Assembly: GCA_965214835.1 (NCBI GenBank)
Contig: CBDCCK010000002.1
Coordinates: 2,368,001 to 2,432,000, forward strand
Reading direction: 5' to 3'
Length of the DNA stretch: 64,000 bases
Origin: Nitrosopumilaceae archaeon
Lineage (GTDB): Archaea; Thermoproteota; Nitrososphaeria; Nitrososphaerales; Nitrosopumilaceae
Each line of letters starts with the position of its first letter. The stretch's first letter is position 1. Positions 23,095 to 32,689 of the stretch are shown in pieces. The notes beneath the pieces are model-generated. The model searched no databases and was not told the DNA's origin. It saw only the letters and a list, made by a program, of their open reading frames with translations. A program made the position numbers and the translations under genes.

Positions 23095-24809
23095 GTAATA
23101 GGTTAGCCCCTGCCTAGTTGATTTTTTCTGACCACCTGATCTATAAACTATCATTACCCGGGAAATACATGCCTACAGCCTCGGAATTCAAGGAACTATG
23201 CAATGAGCTTGCCCGCGAAAAAGCGGAACTTCAGAAGGAGCAGAAGGAACATCAGAGGACGCAAGGCAAGCTTCAGAAGGAGCAGAAGGAACATCAGAGG
23301 ACGCAAGGCAAGCTTCAGAAGGAGCAGAAGGAACATCAGAGGACACGGGAGGAGCTTGCCGCTGAGAAGGCGGGACGCAAATCTGACAATGCCGTCTCTG
23401 CCGCGCAAATCGCGACGCAGACAGCACAAATCAAGCAGTTCAAACAACGCATCACATATTATGAGAACCCGCACAGCCCCTCCTCGCAGAACTCGATTCC
23501 GACCAGGCAGAAAAAGGCAGCAGCCGCGGCAGGGGCATCTGGAAGGGCACCTACAAGGCCGGGCCGCAGGCCCGGACACGAGGGCATATCACACAGGAGA
23601 ACACCGACCCGGGAAATGAACCACGTGCCTGACATGTGCGGCGCGTGCAACGGGCGCGACCTGACAGATCCGGTTCCCGCCGGAACTAGGATGGCTACTG
23701 ACATTCCAGAGATCCCAGAGCCGGTCACGACACAGCACTACTTTACCCGCCGCAAGTGCCGCAAGTGCGGCGCCATCACCACGACAAACGGGGGGCGGGC
23801 TGGTCGTTCCGGGCACCGAGTTTGGACCCAACATTGCCTCCTATATCGGCACCCTGTACACCATGCCGGCATCCGTCGGCTCGATCAGGCGCATCGTAAA
23901 GGAGATCTTTAAAATTGATGTAAGCAAGGCGATGATACAGAACTGCCTCAAGACCGTTACAAAGAAGCTTGATCCGTGCGTGGAGGACATCAAAAAAGAC
24001 ATTGCAGGATGCGACCACGTCCACATGGACGAGACGGGGATGCCATACGACGGCAAGAGCGGCTACATGTGGGTGGCAGTGGGAGTCAAGGACGGCAATG
24101 CCGTCGGCGCGCACATGGTGGCAACTGACAGCAGGAGGGCATCCGTACTGGATGAGCACTTTTCATACGTGCCCAGAGTCGGGGTGACTGACGGATACCC
24201 CGGATACGACAAGTTCTTTGGCAGGAACAGGCAGCGGTGCTGGGCCCACATAATCCGGGAGGCAGATGCCCAAAGCGAGAAAACGGACTCCCCGGAGGTT
24301 CGCGCCGCAGGCGAGCGCCTCAAGTGGCAGATGCATTGCGCCAAGGGGCCGGGGCCGCCGGAGGAGGCTGCCAGGCAGCACGACAGTCGGGTGGCAGAAA
24401 CACGCGAGATTGCCGCCACATACAGGAAGGAAGGATGTGACAGCTGTGCCACAAAGATTGACAACGCCTCGGAGTTTCTCTACACGTTTACGACGCGTCC
24501 TAGGATGGATCCCACCAACAACCTGGCAGAGCGCACGCTGAGGCCCGGCGTGATCGCGCGCAAGATACGGTTCGGACTGCGGACAAAAGACGGACAGAAG
24601 ATGTTCGGTAACATGTTGACGTGCATCGAGACATGGCGCCTCCGGGGGTGCAACGTTACGGACATGATCAGGGACGCGCTGGTCAGAAACCCCGGGTACG
24701 TGGTCGTCTGCCCCTAGCAATCCTGCACTAATCTGCCTGCAGTTGTGATTTTCATGCCTGAAAAGACGGTGGGTGTGACTTTAACTCTAGGCAGGGGCTA
24801 ACCTATTAC
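23095..24809 (+). mobile_element. IS66 type A, copy 2 (transposase frameshifted)
   Basis: Same TIR as copy 1; 8-bp TSD CTGGCACT; G6 instead of G5 at ~23790 splits the gene into 23118-23912 and 23863-24717. Confidence 0.95.
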
Positions 24810-25023
24810 CTGGCACTTTTGGTACTAGCTGGCCAGATGGTGCAGGTGCTGTTGGAAGCATAGGATTCCAAAGCTCGTTTATGGATACGGGAGATGTGTT
24901 CAGACACACGTTTGATGCTCCCGGAGAATATCCGTATTTCTGCATCCTTCATCCTTGGATGGCAGGCACTGTCATTGTAGAAGGCAAATAAACCCATGAC
25001 GAAGACGGACATGTGGATCTGGT

Positions 25024-25310
25024 GTAATGGGATGGCCCCTGCCTAGGTGGCAATCAGGCATACATTTGCCTGCAGTTGTGATTTTCATGCTTGGTCGGCA
25101 AGGGACATGACACCAACTCTGCCTAGACCCACTGTTACATCCTTTACAACTCCCCTCAAATTGGTGCGACCTAATTTTCGTACAATACATTTCATGTGTG
25201 GCTGGCCAAAGACGTCCCGTTCTGCGTCTGAAACTGCCCACATTTAGGGGGCAGACGGGCAGTCTGTGGGAAAAATTGGGCAGCCACACCTTTGGGGCAA
25301 GTCTTATTAC
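25024..25310. mobile_element. Degenerate internally deleted derivative of IS66 type A
   Basis: GTAATGGGATGGCCCCTGCCTAG ... TGCCTGCAGTTGTGATTTTCATGC ... GGGGCAAGTCTTATTAC. Confidence 0.6.
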
Positions 25311-25331
25311 TTTCAAGAGGTGGCTGTTGTC

Positions 25332-25718
25332 ATGGTTAAAACCCCTTCTGACAAATGGCAGGCCAACATCGTAAAGCTCAGGAAAGACTGCCAGAGCGTC
25401 TCAAAGCTGTCTAAAAAAATACGCTATGTTGGGGTCATCAACAAGTATGGTAGAACACTGACCGGGATTCTGCGCCCGGGTACAAAGCCACTGCTAAGCT
25501 CCGAGCACACCAAAAACGAGTTCTTTCTGATCTCCAGCCTGCTCCACATGAGAAACGAGTCTGTACGGCCCATTGGAAGGCTTGATCACATCACACTCCA
25601 GCATGAAAAGGTGTACATCGTGCTGTTGCAAAAAAAGAGCCATGTCTATTATATCTCAATTGACGTGGACGTTAGGAACATATCCAAACTGATCCTGAAA
25701 ATAAAAAAGAAGATATGA
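25332..25718 (+). CDS. Conserved thaumarchaeal roadblock/profilin-like hypothetical protein (DUF6659-like)
   Basis: IRYVGVINKYG motif. Confidence 0.65.
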   Translation: MVKTPSDKWQANIVKLRKDCQSVSKLSKKIRYVGVINKYGRTLTGILRPGTKPLLSSEHTKNEFFLISSLLHMRNESVRPIGRLDHITLQHEKVYIVLLQKKSHVYYISIDVDVRNISKLILKIKKKI

Positions 25719-26080
25719 AAAGTGTGGATTGGGGGGTCCTGTATGACAAATACAAGGATGCTCAGCTGGGCACCGATAAGATTGAGGGGGAGATACAGAA
25801 ATTGATTCTGGATGATGATGTGACCAAGAAGAGTGGGGTTTGCCCGTATATCCTCACGTGAGATGAAAAACATCTCTCAATCCGTGTATTTACGGAAGAT
25901 ATGAAGCAGAAATCCTACACATTACAGAATGGCAAATGCAGGAATTGTGATGAATGTTTTGACAGATCTGATATGGAGGCAGACCACATCATACCTTGCC
26001 AAAGGCAGAAGAGCAACCGTAGAAAACTGTCAGATGCTTTGTAAAGCATCTTGAACAGGCGCGCAAAAAGTGGGGAGAGG
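25715..26080 (+). pseudogene. C-terminal remnant of a DUF262/HNH (GmrSD-like) endonuclease
   Basis: Hand translation: MKSVDWGVLYDKYK...DDDVTKKSG...(stop)...CRNC...EADHIIP...(frameshift)ENCQMLCK. Confidence 0.7.
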
Positions 26081-26348
26081 TTCTGATGGTGATGGACAAC
26101 GCAATACAGCACAAGACCGGCAAAGTTTGCAGATACCTAAAGAAAAATCCCAGCGTTGTCTTGCTGTACCTGCAGGTGGCAGACCGGAGCTGAGCGCCAT
26201 AGAGACAGTCTGGAAGGATGCCAAGTACAGGCTGGTCACATCTGTCTTTTACGACACGCTAGAGCACCTCAAAGAGGCCGTTTTGGAATACTTTAGGACG
26301 CGTTCCATCGAGGTTGACATCTACAAATATCTTGAGCGCAGCGTGTGA
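26070..26348 (+). pseudogene. IS630 transposase C-terminal fragment
   Basis: GRPELSAIETVWK...DIYKYL. Confidence 0.75.
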
Positions 26349-26424
26349 GGAAGGCGAAATTTTCAATGATCATCAGCATAGGCTAATGTGCCTGCTGCTA
26401 GATGAGGAATTAACAAAAAAGTCT

Positions 26425-26531
26425 GTAACAGGCTGGGCTCTGGAAGTTCAGGCATGAATTTTACTGCCAGAGACCCTCGCAGATGTAATTCGTGTCTAAA
26501 ATCGTAAATCACTTCGAGTCCGAGCTGTTAC
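26425..26531. mobile_element. MITE derived from IS66 type C (107 bp)
   Basis: GTAACAGGCTGGGCTC...GAGTCCGAGCTGTTAC; near-perfect 8-bp TSD AAAAGTCT/AAAAATCT. Confidence 0.8.
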
Positions 26532-26558
26532 AAAAATCTTAACTTCATATGCAGTCTT

Positions 26559-27664
26559 TGTTTCATGTGAAAATTAGTTCCGCCCCTCATTAGTATCCTT
26601 TTCCATCCATTTGGGGTCGCTTTTCCTGATCGCTTCTGTGGCCTCCCGGCTCCGGAACGCCATCCTAGGCGTCTTGGCACGCCCCATATCCGGCGACCAG
26701 TGCGTCCTGCGCTCGTTGTAGAACTCGATGAACTCGTCGATGCTCTAAGTGCGTCAGCTCCCTCTCAAGCGTCCCAAACTACCTCTCCAGCTTGCCGTTG
26801 GTCTGGGGGTGATGCGGACGCGAGTTGAGCAGGACGATGTTGTGCTCCAGTAGTTCGTTCTCAAACAGCGTGGGCGTCCAGCTGCCCCGGGGGGTGCCGC
26901 GCCTGGTAGACGTAAAGCAGCTGTCGTTGTCAGAGAGTATCTGGGCCGTCGTCCCGAATTGCCTGATGGCATTGCGCAGCACTAGGCCCGGTGCAATTTC
27001 CCCGCTGTCCAGTCTGCCGGCGTCCCGAATTGCCTGATGGCATTGCGCAGCACCAGGACTGCGTTCTCCGAGGTCGCGTGCTCAAAGACGCCGAATCCGG
27101 TTATGCACCGCGAGGAGTCGTCAAGATATGCCTGCCAGGTTGAGCTTTTCTAGGCGTGGATCCTTCATTTCGTGTCAGTATGTGTGCCACATTGCGTTTG
27201 AGTACCTGCGCTCGTAGCGCAGCCATTTGAGCTGCCTGGATCTTCCGGGCGAGCTGTCCGTGATTCCCTCGGCCTTCATGATCCTGTATACTGCATGATA
27301 GCTTGTCTGCCTGCCTGCGGCCCTCATGCGCAATGCCAGCCGCTCTGCACCCGACGGCATCTGTGTATATGCATCAAGGACCGCCTTCACATCCCCGGGA
27401 TCCGTGTCCACGCCGGGCCTTCCTGCCCCGCTCCGTGGCAGGATCGTGCCGGAGCTGCGGAACCTGGCCCATATCTTCCTGACGTACCTGTCGCTGATGC
27501 CCAGCTCCCGGGCTATCTGCCTTGCAGACACGCCCTTTTTCCTCTGCCTTTCTATGTACCTGAGCGACTTTTCCTCCAGTCTTTTCCTCGCATTTTTTGA
27601 TCGGTACAGCCTGAAATAATCCCAAGTACGCCTGATTAGGCGGAACTAATTTTCGTATGATAGA
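26559..27664 (-). mobile_element. IS481-family element, transposase decayed
   Basis: TIR core GAAAATTAGTTCCGCC; 15-bp TSD TTCATATGCAGTCTT; motifs YERRYSNAMWH, LSDND, HPQTNGKLER. Confidence 0.88.
26950..27057. repeat. 37-bp direct duplication (1 mismatch) flanking a unique 34-bp insert inside the IS481 transposase
   Basis: CGTCCCGAATTGCCTGATGGCATTGCGCAGCAC(T/C)AGG at 26950-26986 and 27021-27057. Confidence 0.93.
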
Positions 27665-27672
27665 TTCATATG

Positions 27673-27794
27673 CAGTCTTCCAAGAAGTAACCAGACTCGT
27701 GGCGATGCAGGTGGTTACATGCGGATCTGTAGGCGATCCATCTTGAGTTGTTTCAAGTTTGGAACCACCCTCTGGGGAACTTCTGGGAAGACTG
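27673..27794. mobile_element. MITE family M4 copy
   Basis: CAGTCTTCCAAGAAGT...ACTTCTGGGAAGACTG; a further partial copy lies at ~49760-49839. Confidence 0.8.
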
Positions 27795-28000
27795 AGGGAC
27801 GAGATATGCCAAAATAGGGGAGTGCAGGGCCAAGACCCGGACTACCGATCTGGCAGCCAAGATGCTGTGCTTTTACTATTCGATGGTGGTGCTGTTTAAT
27901 GAGTGGATGATTGCCAGGACGCTGCCCTGCGATAGTTCCGGGATGCAGAACGTCATGGTAATGCTGGCATTCTAGGAATACATGACGGTTTATCTCAGGG
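27795..28000 (+). pseudogene. Probable ISH3-type transposase C-terminal remnant
   Basis: RAKTRTTDLAAKMLCFYYSMVVLFNEW resembles the KTCSNSPAVRLLLFYMSVILYNLW end of the 14940 transposase. Confidence 0.45.
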
Positions 28001-28643
28001 AGCCCAAACCCCCTCCATGACGCCAGATCTGTTGCACCTTTCATTTGTATGAGATCAGTAAAAAACAATTAAGACTCTGCGGTGCAGCAGCTCCTGTGTA
28101 TGAGGTACAGTCCCGATATGAGAAATGGGAGACTGTACAGGGTCAAAAAAATTACGTTATCATAAAATGCCGGTGGTGGGACTATCAGATCTCCGGAGGG
28201 ATCTCGTATCATGCCGCCGCCAAATATAGTTATGAAGGCCGCTACAGTTCTAGTGTGAAATATCCCCGATGGAAAGATCAGCACTATGCCGACGATTGTT
28301 TTTTTATTCATGAAAAAAGATGTCTCCGTCCTGGATTTCTCCAGCACCCCGTCGCCGACTGCGACACTGAACATGTCGTTGACCAGGCTGCTCTGGGGCT
28401 GCTCACAGATGCCACCTCTGAACTCGTCGCGGTACATGTCGCAGTATTCCACCGGCAGGATCTCCATTCCGAGTGTCAAACTTTGAGAGCATCCTGTCTA
28501 GGTGCTCGGAATGATCATGCCTGTCGCGGACCTCCTGGAATGGGACGACCACCCGGTAATACGATTTTATGCTGCCTACCATGACATGTCTACGCATCAA
28601 CATCATTAATTAATAGCGCGTTAAGTGAAAATAAAAAAGGCGA

Positions 28644-29057
28644 TTAGGCCGGAGTGAATCCCTGGTATCCTCCCGTTTGCTGATCCTTGTCTGAGAAATC
28701 CGGCTCAAACAGCGATACCAGATAGTCGTCCGGATCCAGGATTATTGCGTTTTTTCCCGCATCCCTTTTGACCACGTCCCGGTGAATCCTGACGCCCTTT
28801 TCCTTCAGTTCAGCGACTGCCGAGTCTACGTCTCCCACCAGAAACCCTATCGTGATTCCGTTGTCTATGGAACCCCCCACGTGTTCTGCGGTAAGCGAGG
28901 CGGGATGGAGGCTTAACAGTGCGCCACCGGTTCCCAGGTCAATCCATGAACGTCTTTGGTTTTTTATTGGCAGTCCGATGATCCCGTGATAAAACGCCAG
29001 TGACCGGTCAAGATCCTGCACTGCCAGAATAACGTTGCCAACTTTTTTGATATTCAC
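28644..29057 (-). CDS. VOC family (glyoxalase/bleomycin-resistance) protein
   Basis: V.DLDRSLAFY, VGDVD, DPDDY motifs. Confidence 0.88.
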   Translation of the reverse strand: MNIKKVGNVILAVQDLDRSLAFYHGIIGLPIKNQRRSWIDLGTGGALLSLHPASLTAEHVGGSIDNGITIGFLVGDVDSAVAELKEKGVRIHRDVVKRDAGKNAIILDPDDYLVSLFEPDFSDKDQQTGGYQGFTPA

Positions 29058-29117
29058 TCTATAGTGTATGCGGGAGTAGCATAAAAACAAGATGTTTGTT
29101 TTTTTGGCCTTTGGAGT

Positions 29118-29336
29118 CTATTGAACCTCGACCATGGTCTCGGTCCTGTCCACGCCGCTTATTTTTTGAATTTCGGTTGTAACATCTTTGATCATGGCCA
29201 GCTCATCGACCTCTATGATTGCCACTGCATCAAACTGGCCACTGGTCGGAAAAGAGTCATAGACTGCCTTGACTTTTCTCAGCCTTGCGGCAATCAGTTT
29301 TTTTGGGGATTTTACCAGAACGATTGCCCTTACCAT
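29118..29336 (-). CDS. Lrp/AsnC ligand-binding (RAM) domain protein
   Basis: SGQFD, ISGVDRTET. Confidence 0.85.
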   Translation of the reverse strand: MVRAIVLVKSPKKLIAARLRKVKAVYDSFPTSGQFDAVAIIEVDELAMIKDVTTEIQKISGVDRTETMVEVQ

Positions 29337-29569
29337 CCCATGTTCACCTCCACCTCGATCATGGTCTCAGTAGTCTCTATCTCCTTGACCTTCTTAAACT
29401 CAATTACGATGTTGTTGATCTCATCTATGGAGCCACTCAGCAGGACGCAGATGTCGGCCCTTCCGGTGACCACCATGATTTCCTTGGAGATCTTGCGCTT
29501 CTTTTTTAGAACGCCTACCACCGCATCCACCTTTCCGGGCTTGACGGTAATCATGCAAAGTGCACGCAT
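29330..29569 (-). CDS. Lrp/AsnC ligand-binding (RAM) domain protein
   Basis: VKPGK, VTGRADI, TET. Confidence 0.85.
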   Translation of the reverse strand: MRALCMITVKPGKVDAVVGVLKKKRKISKEIMVVTGRADICVLLSGSIDEINNIVIEFKKVKEIETTETMIEVEVNMGW

Positions 29570-29604
29570 GGTAATACTAGGATATTGACAATGATAAGGG
29601 TTAC

Positions 29605-30249
29605 TTAATCAAATGCTTCCTGAGATCTGGCCTCTTCGAGGTATGCGCGCCTTTCCTCGTTGATCTTGTCCTGATCAATTGCCAGATCATCCTCAACGAT
29701 CACAATCCCCATGTCGCCAATTGGCTCGTCTTTTGCCTTTTTCTTGGATTTGTTAGCCTTGGCCTTTGCCTTGGCAGTTGCAGGCTTTACCTCCTTGGGT
29801 TTTGCTTCCTTGGTTACAGTAGGCTTGGTGGTCTTGGCCTTTGCCTTGGCAGTTGCAGGCTTTACCTCCTTGGGTTTTGCTTCCTTGGTTACAGTAGGCT
29901 TGGTGGTCTTGGCCTTTGCCTTGGCAGTTGCAGGCTTTACCTCCTTGGGTTTTGCTTCCTTGGTTACAGTAGGCTTGGTGGTCTTGGCCTTTGCCTTGGC
30001 AGTTGCAGGCTTTACCTCCTTGGGTTTTGCTTCCTTGGTTACAGTAGGCTTGGTGGTCTTGGCCTTTGCCTTGGCAGTTGCAGGCTTTACCTCCTTGGGT
30101 TTTGCTTCCTTGGTTACAGTAGGCTTGGTGGTCTTGGCCTTTGCCTTGGCAGTTGCAGGCTTTACCTCCTTGGGTTTTGCTTCCTTGGTTACAGTAGGCT
30201 TGGTGGTCTTGGCCTTTGCCTTTGCTTTCTTTGCAGTCTTTTCTGCCAT
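29605..30249 (-). CDS. Lys/Ala/Thr/Pro-rich repeat protein (histone-H1-like composition) with acidic C-terminal tail
   Basis: 6 x AKAKAKTTKPTVTKEAKPKEVKPAT; tail EERRAYLEEARSQE. Confidence 0.8.
   Translation of the reverse strand: MAEKTAKKAKAKAKTTKPTVTKEAKPKEVKPATAKAKAKTTKPTVTKEAKPKEVKPATAKAKAKTTKPTVTKEAKPKEVKPATAKAKAKTTKPTVTKEAKPKEVKPATAKAKAKTTKPTVTKEAKPKEVKPATAKAKAKTTKPTVTKEAKPKEVKPATAKAKAKANKSKKKAKDEPIGDMGIVIVEDDLAIDQDKINEERRAYLEEARSQEAFD
29761..30210. repeat. Perfect 75-bp tandem repeat x6
   Basis: Unit GGCCTTTGCCTTGGCAGTTGCAGG...GTGGTCTT. Confidence 0.97.
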
Positions 30250-30336
30250 AAATTGCATGAAAGGATAAACTGCATGTTAATAAAACTTGTGCAGAATTGG
30301 ATTTTTGTTTTGGGATCGTTCGATCAGGAATCAAGG

Positions 30337-30413
30337 TGGTGCCAGGGGCGGGATTTGAACGCGCGACAGCTCGGTCTTCAGCCGAGTGCTCTCCCGGGCT
30401 GAGCTACCCTGGC
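30337..30413 (-). tRNA. tRNA-Phe(GAA), CCA encoded
   Basis: GCCAGGG acceptor stem, CTCGG/CCGAG anticodon stem with CTGAAGA loop, TTCAAAT T-loop. Confidence 0.95.
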
Positions 30414-30450
30414 ACAACCTAAATCCGCCGTGTGGAAATAAAAACTGTTC

Positions 30451-30993
30451 CTATTTCTGAGACTTCCAGACGGTATCTGGAATACCATTTCTTTGATTTA
30501 CCACCCGTGCAGCTACGAAAAGAAGATCTGACAGCCTGTTCAGATACTGTACGCAGCACGGGTTGATTTTTTCTACCTGCTGCAGCTTTACGGCGTTTAT
30601 CTCTGCCCTGCGCGTAATCGTCCTTGACAGGTGTATTCCAGATGCTAGTCTTGTGCCACCCGGCAGGATGAAGTTTGTCAACGGTTCTAGTTCGCTCTCA
30701 AAGGCATCGATTTCAGACTCTAGTCTAGTTACCATGTCTTCGGTCATTCTGTTGGAGCCGTCCTCAAGATTTGGGTTGGACAGATCCGCCCCAAGCGTGA
30801 ACAGCTCATTTTGTATCCTTGTCAGTGTGGATTTGATGTCTGCGTCTGCCTTTTCTGTCAGCGCAACTCCCACCGATGCGTTAATCTCATCCACAGATCC
30901 ATAGGCGACAATCCTATAGTCTGATTTGGACGTCCTGATGTTTCCCTGAATCCCCGTAGTTCCATCATCACCTGTTTTTGTGTATATCTTCAC
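30451..30993 (-). CDS. pduO: ATP:cob(I)alamin adenosyltransferase, PduO type
   Basis: MKIYTKTGDDG, FILPGG, RRAE, YLNRLSD. Confidence 0.95.
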   Translation of the reverse strand: MKIYTKTGDDGTTGIQGNIRTSKSDYRIVAYGSVDEINASVGVALTEKADADIKSTLTRIQNELFTLGADLSNPNLEDGSNRMTEDMVTRLESEIDAFESELEPLTNFILPGGTRLASGIHLSRTITRRAEINAVKLQQVEKINPCCVQYLNRLSDLLFVAARVVNQRNGIPDTVWKSQK

Positions 30994-31029
30994 ATTTTAT
31001 CGTGGCCAGCGAGTCCTATTATTGTGTTC

Positions 31030-31109
31030 TATCCTGTTGCACAACCCCGGCTTTAGGCACAAAAGATCAGTTGCTTTTACGCTTTCAGGCACGGCTGCAC
31101 AACAAGCTA
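31030..31109. mobile_element. MITE family M2, inverted copy
   Basis: Reverse complement resembles 1396-1475. Confidence 0.7.
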
Positions 31110-31152
31110 TTGCGTTCGAATTGTTTAATAGTAAAATCCAGGGCCCTTGGTT

Positions 31153-31680
31153 ATGATCATTGATTTTTTCAACACTGCAGCTGGGCTCAAATCCGTGTCC
31201 CGGCAAGGCTGGATATCAAAGCTAGGCATGGAAAACCCGGAATCCGTAGCCGATCACAGCTATATGATGAGCCTGATGTCCGCAACCCTCTCAGACCTCG
31301 TTGGGCTTGATACCCTAAAGGTCGTGAAAATGTCGCTGCTTCACGACGTCGCAGAGTCAAGAATCGGGGATTTGATGCATGGTGAGGTTTCCAAGTCCGA
31401 GAAAGAAAGGATGGAGGACTCTGCAATGGATGAAATCCTTCAGGATCTGCCGGACGGCATCAGGAATGATTACAAAGGCATCTGGAGGGAGTTCCAGGAT
31501 TCCTCCACCCCAGAATCTGAGTTCGTCCACGAGGTCGACAAGCTGGAGATGGCCCTTCAGGCAAAAATCTACTCAAAAAACGCATCCGATGAAAAAATCA
31601 GGGCGTTCTTTGAGTCCGCCCAGGAGTCAATACATAACAGGCACCTGCAAAGCATATTAGATGAAATTCTATCAAGGTAG
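31153..31680 (+). CDS. HD-domain hydrolase (YfbR/HDDC2-like 5'-deoxynucleotidase)
   Basis: RQGW, ESVADHS, LLHD, DKLEM. Confidence 0.92.
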   Translation: MIIDFFNTAAGLKSVSRQGWISKLGMENPESVADHSYMMSLMSATLSDLVGLDTLKVVKMSLLHDVAESRIGDLMHGEVSKSEKERMEDSAMDEILQDLPDGIRNDYKGIWREFQDSSTPESEFVHEVDKLEMALQAKIYSKNASDEKIRAFFESAQESIHNRHLQSILDEILSR

Positions 31681-31682
31681 CC

Positions 31683-31913
31683 ATGTCAGAACAACAAAAG
31701 GACGAGCTAATCGAGGCACAGAAGCAGGTAATCGGGATCTTGTTTGAGGCAGTAAAGAGACTGCAGGCCAACAACAACCTTGACTCCGAATATCTTCAGA
31801 TCATCTCCTCGGGAAAATCCGAGGACGGCAAAGCCCGCCTGGGCCAGATTCTGTCTGAAAGGCAGGAAAATGCAAGGATTGTAGGCAGGCTGCTAGAACA
31901 GCTGGAGGTCTAG
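31683..31913 (+). CDS. Small conserved hypothetical protein
   Basis: Operonic spacing, coiled-coil composition. Confidence 0.7.
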   Translation: MSEQQKDELIEAQKQVIGILFEAVKRLQANNNLDSEYLQIISSGKSEDGKARLGQILSERQENARIVGRLLEQLEV

Positions 31914-32230
31914 TGGCCGCAGCTGCATGACTCATCAGAACACGAATCACGGCCGTCATCTACCACCCTTAGCCGGGATTCCTGCTCGTGCCTGATTTGG
32001 ACATAGTGGGCCAGGTTCTGGATTCTGACCCTTACGTCCCTGCTCTTCCAGCTTCCCTCGTTCTCAAACCACGATTCTATCTCCTCCACGTCATAAAATC
32101 CGCCATTCCTCAGGATATCTTCGAATACTCCCTTTATCAGCGCGGCCTCGCCCTCATCTAACCTGTCCTTGTTTGAGACCATCATGGTTATTTCGTTGAG
32201 CCTGGTTATGACGTCGTTGGCAAGCGGCAA
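31910..32230 (-). CDS. Conserved hypothetical protein with C/H-rich tail
   Basis: YDVEEIESWF; tail CSDESCSCGH; start uncertain. Confidence 0.7.
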   Translation of the reverse strand: MPLANDVITRLNEITMMVSNKDRLDEGEAALIKGVFEDILRNGGFYDVEEIESWFENEGSWKSRDVRVRIQNLAHYVQIRHEQESRLRVVDDGRDSCSDESCSCGH

Positions 32231-32299
32231 TATTCGTGCTCGGAGAGTTTGATATAACAACTTTGTGAGCTTTTTATTATTCCAAAGACATGCCAGATC

Positions 32300-32647
32300 A
32301 TGCAGTATTTTGCCGCCCTGAGAAAGGGACAAAAGCGGGTGGAATCGGCACGCCAGTACCTGAACAAATACATGGATGGGAGGGCGATGCCTGCGCTTGC
32401 CTTAAAGTCTGCCAAGGGCAACATATGGACACCCGTGGGCGAGGAAAACCTTTATGCGTTCGTTGACGAGTCAGCAGGGTTTGTTCTGACCGATGACAGC
32501 GGATACATTCTGGCCCTGGTGGATGACGAGGGGTACTCAAAGAGCATAGTCCAGGGCGTTACCGGGCAGCAAAAAGAGTTTTTGCTGCAAAGGTTTGCTC
32601 TAGATGGCATCCCAGAGTACAAGGGGAAGGTTACGCTTCCCGTATGA
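32300..32647 (+). CDS. Conserved thaumarchaeal hypothetical protein
   Basis: Clean ORF with AT-rich upstream region. Confidence 0.75.
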   Translation: MQYFAALRKGQKRVESARQYLNKYMDGRAMPALALKSAKGNIWTPVGEENLYAFVDESAGFVLTDDSGYILALVDDEGYSKSIVQGVTGQQKEFLLQRFALDGIPEYKGKVTLPV

Positions 32648-32689
32648 TCCCGAGGCAATGCTTTAGTATGCAGTATTTTTACGATCACC

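Larger units (their letters stand above)
16775..24991 (+). pseudogene. Thaumarchaeal S-layer (SlaA-like) paralogue with jelly-roll-like and C-terminal blue-copper (cupredoxin) domains, split by two IS
   Basis: Signal peptide; acidic repeats with ETGxxTGxF, LRMVQATDGRWYAYF, VELDQKVYT|WTDKV; the segment after the second IS reads ...GEYPYFCILHPWMAGTVIVEGK*; 5406 bp (1801 aa) in frame after removing both IS. Confidence 0.85.

Noticed and set aside
28069-28606. Possible decayed membrane-protein gene
   Set aside because: Fragmented, with no family motif I can recognise.
29711-30334. Antisense hydrophobic repeat ORF and alternative-frame Cys-rich ORF
   Set aside because: Shadows of the stop-free 75-bp repeat.
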